From positions 1-33,117 of the forward strand of contig BQXS01009722.1 in assembly GCA_024181965.1 (NCBI GenBank): a stretch of DNA of 33,117 nt, read 5' to 3'. Origin of the DNA: Aduncisulcus paluster (Eukaryota). Position numbers and translations under genes: made by a program. Below the pieces are notes generated by a model, which saw only the letters and a list, made by a program, of their open reading frames with translations, did not search any database and was not told the origin of the DNA. Position 1 is the stretch's first letter; the number at the start of each line of letters is the position of its first letter. Below, one piece after another: positions 12,628 to 24,300 of this stretch.

Positions 12628-12998
12628 ATATAATATTATGAGTGAATTCAAAATAAATATATATATTTCATATAAATGGCATACCAAGTTGGTTTTTGTG
12701 ATCCGAGACGAAAACGGGATAACTGGACTTATTAGAACATGATATAATTGTTATTTCTCATTAAAATGACATTTAGAATAATTTTATTCTATTTTGAAAC
12801 AAAACAACACAGGAATAGTGACTATATAGGCAGAATCAACAAAATGCGATGATTTATTGAGGGCTATGAAAGACAAGATCATTTTTATAAAAAACAGTAG
12901 TATAATTTTTTAAAAAAGTGAATTTGAAAGATTAATATGATATGATTAGCTTTGATGGACAGAAAATATTGAGTATGCTTTAATTTCTCTTCATGTGA

Positions 12999-13643
<645 letters not shown>

Positions 13644-13943
13644 TCAGAAAATTGGGGCTATTATTTTGAAAATACGCTCGTTCCCATAATTAAATATTCT
13701 TTGTTTCTTAAGTTTCCTCAGTATTTTCCTTCAACAATCACTGAATCATGTCACAATGTTCATTGTCGGATCCTCTTGAATACACAAGTTCCTGGAATGG
13801 AGAATGTATAATCTGGTATTTACCATTGCTTATTCTGTTTAATATCAATCCCAATTTTAATTAAGACCATTTTTTATCAAATTTTCACAATATCGTTTTA
13901 ATTCCCCACATCATGGAGCTTCCGAAGTTTAAACCTCGGAAAT

Positions 13944-15731
13944 TTATTCAAAACTATCAGTGTCAGATTCAAATTCCTCTTGATTTGAGTCCTGAGAAGT
14001 TTCTTCGCTATGACCATGCATTGTTCCTTTCCCAGTAGTTCCCACAGATTGTTGTGATTTCTTGCTTCTTGAAGCAGATCCGTAATCTTTCCTGGTCCTT
14101 TCCTCAAATCTCCTCTGTCTTTCATCTCTTCTGGTAGCTCTATCCTCAAAGAAAGTGCATGCTTCGAGTCGTGTAAATTTGACAATCTCAGACGGATATA
14201 TATGGTGATCTTTCTCACCTTCTCCCACCAATCCTTCTGAATGCATCCCTGCTGCTCGCCCACCATCTGTCGATCCCCCTTTGGCCGTTACCCCAGAGTC
14301 ACCTCCTCCAGCCATGTGGGTCGACTCATCCTCATCTTTCCTTCCAGCAGAAGAAAACCCACTTCCTCCTCCATCTTCACGAACAATTATAGCCGATTCT
14401 TTCGCTTCTGCACAACCATCCGCTGAGGGGCTTGAGAGACCAAATGTCACGGCTCTGTCATGTAATATACGCTCCTCTTCAGAATTATCAATAGACATCA
14501 TTCCACCTGCTTTCACATCATATAGAGCATCTCTCACACCGACTATGAACTTACTCACTAATCTATGTTTAGGTTGGAGCTTGATACGTTTCAGAACATG
14601 TCCCTTGATATCACAGACACAAACAACACCCAAGGGAACAACTATACGACTTGTACTGCACACAAACACACACAACCATGATGAACATTCCGATAGAAGA
14701 GGTGGGGAAAGGTCAATTCGATGTCCGAGAGTTTGGGCAGCTTCGAGAACAATTGTTCTCATTGTTCCTTGAAGTATATTCTTATCGGCAGTCTGAATAA
14801 CCCCATTATCATGTAGTACGACAATATTGCTACTGAGTCCCTCGAGTAGACTATTCTGATCATCAGGATTGAGAAGAATGATATCTTCAACATTGTGCTG
14901 GATATCGAAGTAACGAGATAGTTTTTTACGCTCTTCTACCCACTTTGCATCCTTAATAGATGGACTGTCACGTCCCATACGACTCCCAAGGACGGCCACT
15001 CCACACATCCCACCACCATAACGTTTTGGATCCGCAGACATTCCTACTGGCGGTATCATCTCCATATACACAGCTAATGGGGTGTGGAAATAGCTACCTT
15101 CAGAGTCTGGAGAGAGACGATCAGGGAGATTAGGAGAAAAAATAGATCTATGTTGAGATCCTGAAATACTTGAAGATTTATGAGGTAATGTTTGAAATAT
15201 TCTTGGATAACAGACGATATAATAACGTAAATTAAGTGTTTTAACGAGTTCTTTTGCTTGAACAGATAGTTTTTGAGTTTCAACAATCATTTCGTCACGA
15301 GTCATATGAGCATCGTAATCAACATCTCTTTGGGATGTAACTAACTTAAATGCAAAAACTTCTGCCATTTTAGATAATATTTGAAGTAATCTCTCTCTGA
15401 GAGATTCAAATGTTTCAACAAACGAATCTGGAGGAGATTTCCTGGAAACACCATAATGCAATCGAATAACATGTTTATCAAATAAAAAAATACCATGTTT
15501 TCCATGATGAATTAATGTGGTATAAACAGATTCAGCGTGATCTGCCAAAAATTGTTTTGAAGTCCGCGACGAGGAGCCACAGCAAATTTTTAATTGATTT
15601 TTAAGATCATATTCTACAGAAAAATTTGGAAAAGCATCAAATGCTTGCATATTGATGGCAAAAAAGATGTTATTACGGGATATTTGTGTCAGATTACTAT
15701 TAGACATCATTCTCCTTTGATCCAGTTGCAT
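13944..15731 (-). CDS. Class IV (fold-type IV) PLP-dependent aminotransferase-like protein (BCAT/DAAT/ADCL superfamily) with charged C-terminal extension; start uncertain (15731 or 15650)
   Basis: VYTTL..LFDKHVIRL; RDSPSIKDAKW (putative Schiff-base Lys); EDIILLN..LLEGLSSNIVV; ILQGTMRTIVLE; VFVCSTSRIVVP, in the canonical order of class IV motifs. Confidence 0.82.
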   Translation of the reverse strand: MQLDQRRMMSNSNLTQISRNNIFFAINMQAFDAFPNFSVEYDLKNQLKICCGSSSRTSKQFLADHAESVYTTLIHHGKHGIFLFDKHVIRLHYGVSRKSPPDSFVETFESLRERLLQILSKMAEVFAFKLVTSQRDVDYDAHMTRDEMIVETQKLSVQAKELVKTLNLRYYIVCYPRIFQTLPHKSSSISGSQHRSIFSPNLPDRLSPDSEGSYFHTPLAVYMEMIPPVGMSADPKRYGGGMCGVAVLGSRMGRDSPSIKDAKWVEERKKLSRYFDIQHNVEDIILLNPDDQNSLLEGLSSNIVVLHDNGVIQTADKNILQGTMRTIVLEAAQTLGHRIDLSPPLLSECSSWLCVFVCSTSRIVVPLGVVCVCDIKGHVLKRIKLQPKHRLVSKFIVGVRDALYDVKAGGMMSIDNSEEERILHDRAVTFGLSSPSADGCAEAKESAIIVREDGGGSGFSSAGRKDEDESTHMAGGGDSGVTAKGGSTDGGRAAGMHSEGLVGEGEKDHHIYPSEIVKFTRLEACTFFEDRATRRDERQRRFEERTRKDYGSASRSKKSQQSVGTTGKGTMHGHSEETSQDSNQEEFESDTDSFE

Positions 15732-16030
15732 CTTGAATAATGTTAAAATATTTAATGGATGATGTTTTTACGCTTTCTTTATTTGACTGTCTAGTTGAGT
15801 TTTGATCTACTTGATCAAATACTTCTAAATTTTGGATTTGGCTTTGGAATATGGATCTACTAATAGCGATAAATCGCATAAAACATTATCAAAATTTATA
15901 TTTCTTTTTAATTCCAGTTTTAATGACTTGGAACGGGGATCTCCCTCAATATACCTAATATGATATTAAGAAGGTGATTCGGAGTCAGTAATTCCCCATA
16001 AATCTTTTTATTTCATCCTAGAATTTCTTT

Positions 16031-18409
16031 TTACTTTGTCCCGTAATTTCTTCGTTTTCCAATGATAGGCGAAGAACTGTGATTAGCACTCACACTAGAA
16101 CAAGCCATGTCAAAGAAATCCTCAACACTAACACAAGAAGAACTCCGACAAGTTGGACTCGAAGAAGAAGCACTCTGGTCAAAACTTTTGAGCAGTTTCT
16201 CTCTGCATGAACTCAGAGAAAGTTCTTCATAAAACAAGGAGACTCCTGATAATAATTCTACCTTAGTATCATCAGAAACAAGACTCAATACAGATATTAC
16301 ATGGACACACGGATAACCATACCTGATAGGATGATGGCAGGAACAAGTCAATGAATTTGCAACTTTACGAACACAAAAGGGATTCCCCCAGGTCTTGGAC
16401 GACCATGGATTGGACTTTCCTCCCTCCTCAGTAGTTACAAACAAATGATAAGTGTCGTTCCTGAACTCCACAGAAAGAAAAGGTCGTAAATGAAATATCG
16501 ATTCCCAATCTTGTTCCATCTTCGATAAGACATTTTGAAAGACCTTTTCGCATTCATCAGTTCCTAATATATCTATAATACTACGTTCCTTAGCTTTGAT
16601 ATCTCTAAACACGGGTCGAATATCGTCTAAACATTCTTTCTTTAAAACACCATATGAATCAAGCTGACGATTCACACACTCGACAATGCACTCTTTCATC
16701 GTTTCCACCTTCATATCACTCTTTATACGCCGCTTCAATGATTCAGAACCACATGTAGTCCTCAGTCCAAAGTTGAATTCCATGAAATTGGTTGGAACCC
16801 AGAGCTTAAAGAGTTTTAATCCCTCTATTATTGGAGCTCTATCCGGCCGAAAGTCAGCAGTGTAAGGAACAGTGTCATGATAGAGGCGAATTATTCTTTG
16901 GATGAAATGGCGAGTTGTTGGAGAGACAGATGAATAGAAAGAAGCTAACCAACGATTAAATGAACTGTATTCTGTGACAAATATTTCACTGTCATCTTCT
17001 TCTTGGTCATCATCTTCATAACCAACGTCCTGGCTTTGTATCGTTATTTGCCTGGAAGCCTTTCGTTGTTCGTATTTCTTTCTCTCCTCGGCAACTTTTT
17101 TTGTCGACATCTTCCCCTTCTTTCTACGAGTCTTCTTTGCAACAATTGGTTGTGGAAGACAATCGGTTGCCAACATCATTTGCTCATCAGTCGCAGAATT
17201 ATCGAATAGAACAGATTTGAACTTGTCAAAAAGTTGACGAGTTTGTCGATTCGCGTGTTGAATTGATAAATGAAAATAACAAAGACGTATTTTAAAGGGA
17301 AACTTATGAGCAGCCTTAAAATCTAGCATAGCACGGCATTCTCCAGCCGAATGATCAGTAGAGAATGTTCTTACTTTCTTCCAAGGATCTTCTCCACAAA
17401 CATCCAAGACAAAGTCAAGGAATTTACGGAATGAAATAGCAGTCAACTCTTCCATATATCCACAAGCAATAATATACATCGTATAATTGGGAAGGTACCC
17501 ACAAAGCATGTGCAAATCTTGCTTAAGCCTACCAATTTTGAACGTTGTGTCCCAGCTTATGGCTGTTGGGAAAAGGGAGAATAGTTTTTTCCCAATCTCT
17601 GATATCCAGAAGAAGTGATGAAGGATTTTCTCATCTTCAGTAGCACTACCCTCCTTCTCTCCATCATCTTCTTCTTCTTCTTCTTCCTCCCTCTCTTCCT
17701 CTTCTTCATCGTCTTCATCGTCTTTCTTCCTCTCTTCAGGAGGCACAGCCACTCGATATGAAAAAGAAGTGTGGAGATTCTTCAAACCATCTGAATGCTC
17801 GGTTATGGCATATTTCAAAACTTCCGTCACCTCTAAAGACTTAGAAACGTGCCCTGCTAGCAGTTGTTTCTCACTATAAAGGATTTTTCTGTCCAACGCT
17901 GATAGTGACTGACCAGGAGACATAAACTTTTTGTGGTATCTCGACAAATAACTTCCGCTCTTAAAAAGAATTGAATTCACCAAAAATTCAATGGTTGCAG
18001 GTCCTAGATATTTTCTTTTGGTGATAGGAGGCATCCAAAGAGGAGAAACAGAAAGAGAATAGTCCTGGCATCTTTTGCAATGTGGAACCTCCTCTCGAAG
18101 TCGAAACATATCTGGTATCTTTGATTTTTTCAATTTTAGCTTATAGTTACAATTTTTTTCAACAGAATCTTGAGTGTAAGTGAACATACATGAATAATGG
18201 AAAGCAAGAGAATGATTTATAGCCTTCTCGGCAAGAACTACATGTTCTTTATATGTAATTGCGTATAAAACTTTTCGAACTTGGTCTTTTGTAAGGCAAA
18301 TCTCTTGATCCTTTTTCCATGATGAATAAAGAGTAATATCAAGCTCCTCGCCAGGAGATGTAATTAAATAACCTTTTTTTCCGTGGATATGAATATTTTT
18401 TTTCATCAT
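16031..18409 (-). mobile_element. Mutator-like (MULE) DDE transposase with C-terminal SWIM zinc finger, intact 792-aa ORF
   Basis: ISWDTTFK (D1, ~17550), FSTDHSAG (D2, ~17355), RLCYFH (CxxH, ~17275), TTCGSESLKRRIK (E, ~16745), CSC-x7-PCVH SWIM finger (~16300-16345), N-terminal CNYKLKL...H like the WRKY/FAR1-type DNA-binding domain. First ATG is 18409 (ORF-track start 18439 is TTG). Confidence 0.88.
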
Positions 18410-18961
18410 TTCACCAAAAAAGGTTATTCCCCAAATCAAGGCAATTTCTCTTGAACGTGTCTATCTCTTCTCAGCGGAAAGATATTTTATTAGACAAGTA
18501 AAAAAATATAAATCATAACGAATGATTATTATAAGTTGGCAGAATTGTCATGGAAGATGTTTTAATCTAGAGATGATTCTTTCTCTGAACACCTTCCAAA
18601 ATCATCAATACTTTTCTTATTAATAATTAAAAATGAACACTTTCTTACNNNNNNNNNNNNNNNNNNNNGATGTAATTAAATAACCTTTTTTTCCGTGGAT
18701 ATGAATATTTTTTTTCATCATTTCACCAAAAAAGGTTATTCCCCAAATCAAGGCAATTTCTCTTGAACGTGTCTATCTCTTCTCAGCGGAAAGATATTTT
18801 ATTAGACAAGTAAAAAAAATATAAATCATAACGAATGATTATTATAAGTTGGCAGAATTGTCATGGAAGATGTTTTAATCTAGAGATGATTCTTTCTCTG
18901 AACACCTTCCAAAATCATCAATACTTTTCTTATTAATAATTAAAAATGAACACTTTCTTAC
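18357..18961. other. Assembly overlap artifact: 18357-18648 repeated as 18669-~18961 across a 20-N gap
   Basis: Direct copy abutting the N run; the only difference I saw is a poly-A run of 7 vs 8. Confidence 0.88.
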
Positions 18962-19794
18962 GTTACACAATATTTTTATCGGCGGTTTTTTTCATGAGCG
19001 TTTATTCTTGGGGACCGATTACCCATCAAGCACTCACATACTGGTTAGCTGGCAATAGTGATGTTCCTTTTGATCCTAATGATCCAGAACTTCTTATTGG
19101 AGCCGCTCTTCCTGATGCTTTGAAGCTTCTCAACTCTAATTTCCACACATTTGATTTTGCTTTTTGTCTTTATAATATTACTCAGATTCACCCAGCTTAT
19201 GATGTATATCCTGCTTGGAGCTTATCAGCTGGTTATTTACTTCACATTGCTGAGGATTATATTGCTCACAAGTCTTCTGATCCCACTGGGTTCCTTCCAC
19301 GAGACACCAGTGAGGATGATCACGAATCAGAGCTTGCTGTGGGATCATATGTCCTCGATGGGAGTGAGTATATCCAAGACATTGGAGATTATTCGTTTGC
19401 CATCAAGAAAGTTGATCGCATGTCAAGTGATCTCTACGATTTCATCGCCTATGCTTCAAAGCTTTGTCTCAATTTCCCCATCACGGCTGACAATGTTCTT
19501 GACACTTTGGTGGAATTTAGTGCTGTTCAAGCTGGTTGGTTGGTTGGAGCTTCTACTTTAACTGTTGATCAGGCTTACACTGCTATTTTGCCACCTCTCG
19601 AGAGTGATAAGTGCGGATCCAGTAACGATTGGTATAAAACTAAGCAGAATTTAGACAACAATTTGGAAAATGCAGCGTATCTTGCCTACACGGTGTATGA
19701 TACCTTCAGAAGTCAGCCAAATGTTACAACCGCTGAGAGTTACATGGATTCAGAGGCAGATATTGTCATGAATGATTATGTTTGTGCCGTTTAG
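18946..19794 (+). CDS. Secreted zinc-dependent phospholipase C / P1-nuclease superfamily protein (282 aa)
   Basis: Signal-peptide-like MNTFLRYTIFLSAVFFMSVYS directly followed by WGPITH (mature Trp1 plus His), GAALPD, NFH, GYLLHIAEDYIAH and H..ELAV, matching the metal-ligand pattern of this fold. Confidence 0.8.
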   Translation: MNTFLRYTIFLSAVFFMSVYSWGPITHQALTYWLAGNSDVPFDPNDPELLIGAALPDALKLLNSNFHTFDFAFCLYNITQIHPAYDVYPAWSLSAGYLLHIAEDYIAHKSSDPTGFLPRDTSEDDHESELAVGSYVLDGSEYIQDIGDYSFAIKKVDRMSSDLYDFIAYASKLCLNFPITADNVLDTLVEFSAVQAGWLVGASTLTVDQAYTAILPPLESDKCGSSNDWYKTKQNLDNNLENAAYLAYTVYDTFRSQPNVTTAESYMDSEADIVMNDYVCAV

Positions 19795-20070
19795 TATTTT
19801 TAATTTTGTTTATCGCTTTTAATTGGATTTATATAAATAAATGTTTGATTTTTTATTTCTTTTTCGACATCAATGAATATTATGAATATTGTAATAATAT
19901 TGTTGCATATGATTAAAATTTTATATTGACCATTGATTTCCTTTCTATTTAGCCTCTCCGATCGGAGTTCAAACTCGAATAAATCGATCTCGCTCTGAAG
20001 GGCCGTTTTTCTTTCTGTTTCAAACCACAAAAAGATATTTAACCAGAAGAAATAATAATTAAATTGCAAT

Positions 20071-20694
20071 ATGTCAGCTGACCAATCATTTGATGATGGA
20101 TTTCACTCTGAAGATCACACAGTATCAAATGCTGCTTCAAGATTCATGGAATCTGAGCTTGCAAATGCAAAAATTCGTGAAGGAGTTGAACTTATTGAGC
20201 AACAATCTGGTATTTTATCGCTGTTAGAAGATATTCTATTTATTTCACTCTTCCTTATCGTCAGTTATGCTAGCGAGTTCCCTAAAAAGGTAATTTATTC
20301 AGAAATTCCAAAAAATAGATATTTATATGTTGGTTTATTCTTTGTTTGCGTTGCTGTTGTCTGTAATATTATTTTTACAGTTATGAATTGTCTCAAACCC
20401 AAGAAAGTTGCCCAGCTCAAATCCTCTCTTTCAACGGGGACTAAAAAGATTAAATCTGATGAACCACTCCCATTGACCGCCATGATTGCCACGGCTTCAT
20501 TTATATTGGCCCTTATTTTATTCTGTCCTGGTTTGTGGCCCTTCTACCAAGGTTGGACCTTAGTGATTCTTGTTCTTTGTGTTCTATTCTTAATTGGAGT
20601 TATATCTATTATGAGTGACATCGGAGGATGGATCCAGAAACAAAAGATGAAGAAGGTCACCGAAAGTGAAATTCCCGAGGCAAAATCCATGTAA
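20071..20694 (+). CDS. Four-TM membrane protein, TMEM128-like (207 aa)
   Basis: Four hydrophobic segments; IATASFILALILFCPGLWPFYQGWTLVIL resembles the TMEM128 C-terminal pattern (recalled similarity, not searched). Confidence 0.62.
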   Translation: MSADQSFDDGFHSEDHTVSNAASRFMESELANAKIREGVELIEQQSGILSLLEDILFISLFLIVSYASEFPKKVIYSEIPKNRYLYVGLFFVCVAVVCNIIFTVMNCLKPKKVAQLKSSLSTGTKKIKSDEPLPLTAMIATASFILALILFCPGLWPFYQGWTLVILVLCVLFLIGVISIMSDIGGWIQKQKMKKVTESEIPEAKSM

Positions 20695-21317
20695 TTTCTC
20701 TCGGATGGAAGCAATTAATCTGTTTATGGTGTGAAAATATTATTCTTTAATACTGTATTGTGTAGTTTAAAGATCTTTCCCCACATCTCAACTTGAGAAT
20801 GGTATGAATAGTTTATCTGTTGTCAATATTATTATATCATTGCAATGTATATGGATGGTTGTCAGGCGATACGGCCAAACCTGAATTATATAGATATATA
20901 TTGTTATCACCACTGTCCTTCCCAACTTGGGAACTTGAAGTTATTCTCGTATGTTCTGCCTAGGAATCACTTGTTGATCTCTTCATCTTTGTCATTCAAT
21001 TCATCAGTGAATGGGAATGAACATATAATAAATTTTTTGTGTATGAAATCAAATTTATCTGCAGTTTCAAACTCAAAGGCTTTGAAGTTCAAAAATATCT
21101 CAACCTCCATAAATACTAAGAATTTACAATGAAAAATAACATTTTTCAAAAAATAATATCCTTTAATATCCAATACTTACATTTAAAATTGTCTGACTAT
21201 AAGTAAAAAATGAGGATGTATTGTCTTGGCGTTTTCTCTCGTATAAAATTACCAATTATACATTTTACAAAAAATTTATTTATTATTCATTTTTTTACGT
21301 GAAAATCTGAAAAAAAT

Positions 21318-24300
21318 ATGAGTAGTAAGTTATCCCAATCCCTTATGGGATTCAAGTCAGTCCTCCTACAATATTTTTCGAGGTGTAAAGAAAATATTTT
21401 GTATAAGGCAACCTCTGCAAATGATGTATTTGTGTTTTTGAATAATTTGAAAACAATCTTTGAGAGTATCGTTCCACCTACAGCTTTCGAGACTCTTTCT
21501 GCAGAATCTTCTCTTGAAAGTAGCCCAATTCTTGAAATTATTCGAATCTCTTCGGATATTCGGAATTACTTATCTCTTGGTTATTTTTTCCTCTCAAAAG
21601 TTCGTGCACTGAAGCACGAAAGCCATCGTTTGGCCTCTGAATTCATGTCCATAAAGGAGTATGATTTCGATCAAGATACAATCGTGTCTCCCCATCCAAT
21701 TTGCCATCTTCCCGCCTATATAAGCCGGATTGTTGAGTATTTTCAATATGCTCCTATTCTTCAATGGGCTCACGAAAAATGTGAATTCACTTCTTTATTG
21801 TTTGAATTGCATTATAACCCTCCAAAAGAGTATAAAACTCAATCATTTCAATTTAGAGCCCAGAAAGACAAAGCCAAACGACAGTTTCTAGATCGTCACT
21901 TCAACAGATTGCCTCTTATCCCTCTTTGTGACTGTTTTAAGGCGACATTCTCCTGCAAATCCCCCAGACTCACAGGTGAAATATTCCATCTTGTTGATTC
22001 CATTGATATTCCGACCAAATCGACTTCATCTGTGATGGATTTTCTTGACCTGTTATTCTCCTTCTCTTCAACCGCCGAACCCACCCATGGACTCCCACTG
22101 TGTGTATTTATGCAACGACCCGTGTGTTGTATGATTAAAGACACGCCTATACTTGCCAGTAGGCTTCGTAAGACTTCTCGAGGTGATTTTGATGCTGTTA
22201 AAATGATGGAATTCACTGCTCTCATGCCTAAGACGAGCTCACTATCCGATATATTTGTTTCAACGTACAATTCTGCATCTTCTAAACCTTTTAATTGTAG
22301 TCTTTCATTCAGTGGTGGTATTTTGGCATCTTATGCTGCTTCCTTGCTTGCTCGTGGTAATATTACACCTATGGTGACACCTAAATTGATTGAAGTTCTC
22401 AAATTATCTCCTTCTGATGTGTCTGATTGTACAAATCCAATTAACTTTTACTCTCCTTGTCACATTCGTCAGTGTTCTTATCATGGCATTGTTACCAATG
22501 TTAGCGAGTCCATCCTTGATGTTTTTAAGGAATTCTTCGAAGAAGATGATGAAGAAGATGAAGAAGAAGACGAATATTCGTCCTCTTCATCTTCGTGCTC
22601 ATCCAAGAGTGACCATTCTTCGAAAAAAGATTATTCCTCCCCCTCTCTTCATAAAAACTTAAATGATTCCAGTCCTGAAAGCTTTGTTGGCTATAACGAA
22701 TTTCACAATGCGACGAAGGATATTTTTATTTTCTCCATTGGACTATCCTCTCCTAAATCTTCCAGAAGTAGAAGAGGTTTCTCCGAGGTTGCTTCAAGTT
22801 CTTACTTTGAGCTTTTCTCTGGGTCTGGGAGCAAAAGTTCTTCATGTCTTGGTCGAAATGACAATGTTTCTCTTTGGGATGCATTCTGGAAACGTTCCAT
22901 TGGTGCCGAGGAACGTCTGAAGAAATGCACATTACCTGTTGACTTTGCAAGGATCATTTCCGATGTTTGTTTTGACCCATCAAGCCTTGGCCGTCTCAAT
23001 GCTGCTCTTATTGATATTCCTTCACTTTATGACCCTTCTGCACTCCTCCACAAATGCTCAAAATCATTTGCTTCCATCCATCGAAGTCTTGGCATTCGTG
23101 ACAAGTCCAGTCTTGACACTGATTTGTCATTTTATTTCTCCTTGAACAAGACATTTGGCTGGATGTCTCAGAAGAAGCTTGATCCATTCTCTTTCGAGCT
23201 CATGTATTCCAGTTCCACAGATGACGACATGACCACTGATGCCTTTGAGGATGTGGATGAATGTTCATGCTCTGATGATTCTTCTCCTTCTTCATCTGAG
23301 GAACCTTCATTGCCTCATTCTGCTTCGGGAATGATGGGAGCTTATTCATCAACTTCAATGATACATTCTGATTCATTTCCTTCACCTTCAAAAAGCGATG
23401 CCTATGTTTCATCTCTCAGAGAAAAGTTAAAAGGAATGAGCCCAAGCCAGCGCATTGATTTTCTCAAATCGATAAAAATGGAACAAGAATTGGAAATCAC
23501 AAAGTTGAAAAACCAAAAGTTTGCTGTTGATAAAGAAGCGTCACACCTAAAGGCCGAGAAAGACAAAATCAGCGATGATGTGAAAGCTTTCAGAGAGTTG
23601 GTCCGAAAAGAGAAGATGGCTTGTAAAAGAGCTGAAGATGAGTTCTATGACCACTGTAAAAAGTTGAGAGAAAGCCGTGAGGAGAAAGAACACGATCAGA
23701 AATCCCAGGCAGAAGGCTTTAAAAAATCCCTTCAGGAAACGGAGAAAGAGAAACGTAGGAAAGAGAAGGCCCGTCAAGCAGCTCTAAGAGAAGAAAGGCG
23801 TCTTTTGAAGGAAAAAAAGGAAGCAGACGATGATATCCAGGCCCAATCTTCCAGAATCACACGTGTCAGAAAATCCAGGGAAAAAGATGAAGAAGATATT
23901 GAAAAGCGTCAAAAAGAACTTGATGAATTGGAAACTAAAAAGCAGATTGCTGACAAAGGAAAAGATATCCTTGACATTGAAAAGGACCAAGAAGAGCAGA
24001 AAAGATTGACTCGGTTACGTCTGTTTTATGCTTCTTCTGCCTGGTACCCTTCTGATTGGTGCGTGTATCGTGGCATCTGTTCTTCTGATTCCGCTAAGCA
24101 GCCTGTCTTGGTTCCCTTGAAATGTCTGGATACTTTCCAAGCCTTTGTCGATGACACTTGCATCACAAAATATCTCGGCTCTGGTCGTGATGTGGTCAAG
24201 ACTGAAAAATACAATTATCTCGAAGTTCACAAAGCTTACCGAATCGAGAATCCTGCCCTTTGGCACAAGTATTACCTTTACCGTCAGTCTATCATCGACC

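Noticed and set aside
12628-12660. Giardia-like AGTRAA polyadenylation signal (AGTGAAT) after the CstF-50-like stop
   Set aside because: Not found at a consistent distance after the other genes; expected by chance in AT-rich DNA.
20845-21173. Small ORFs on both strands between the TMEM128-like and PARP genes
   Set aside because: Short, AT-rich, no recognisable domain or clear splice structure.
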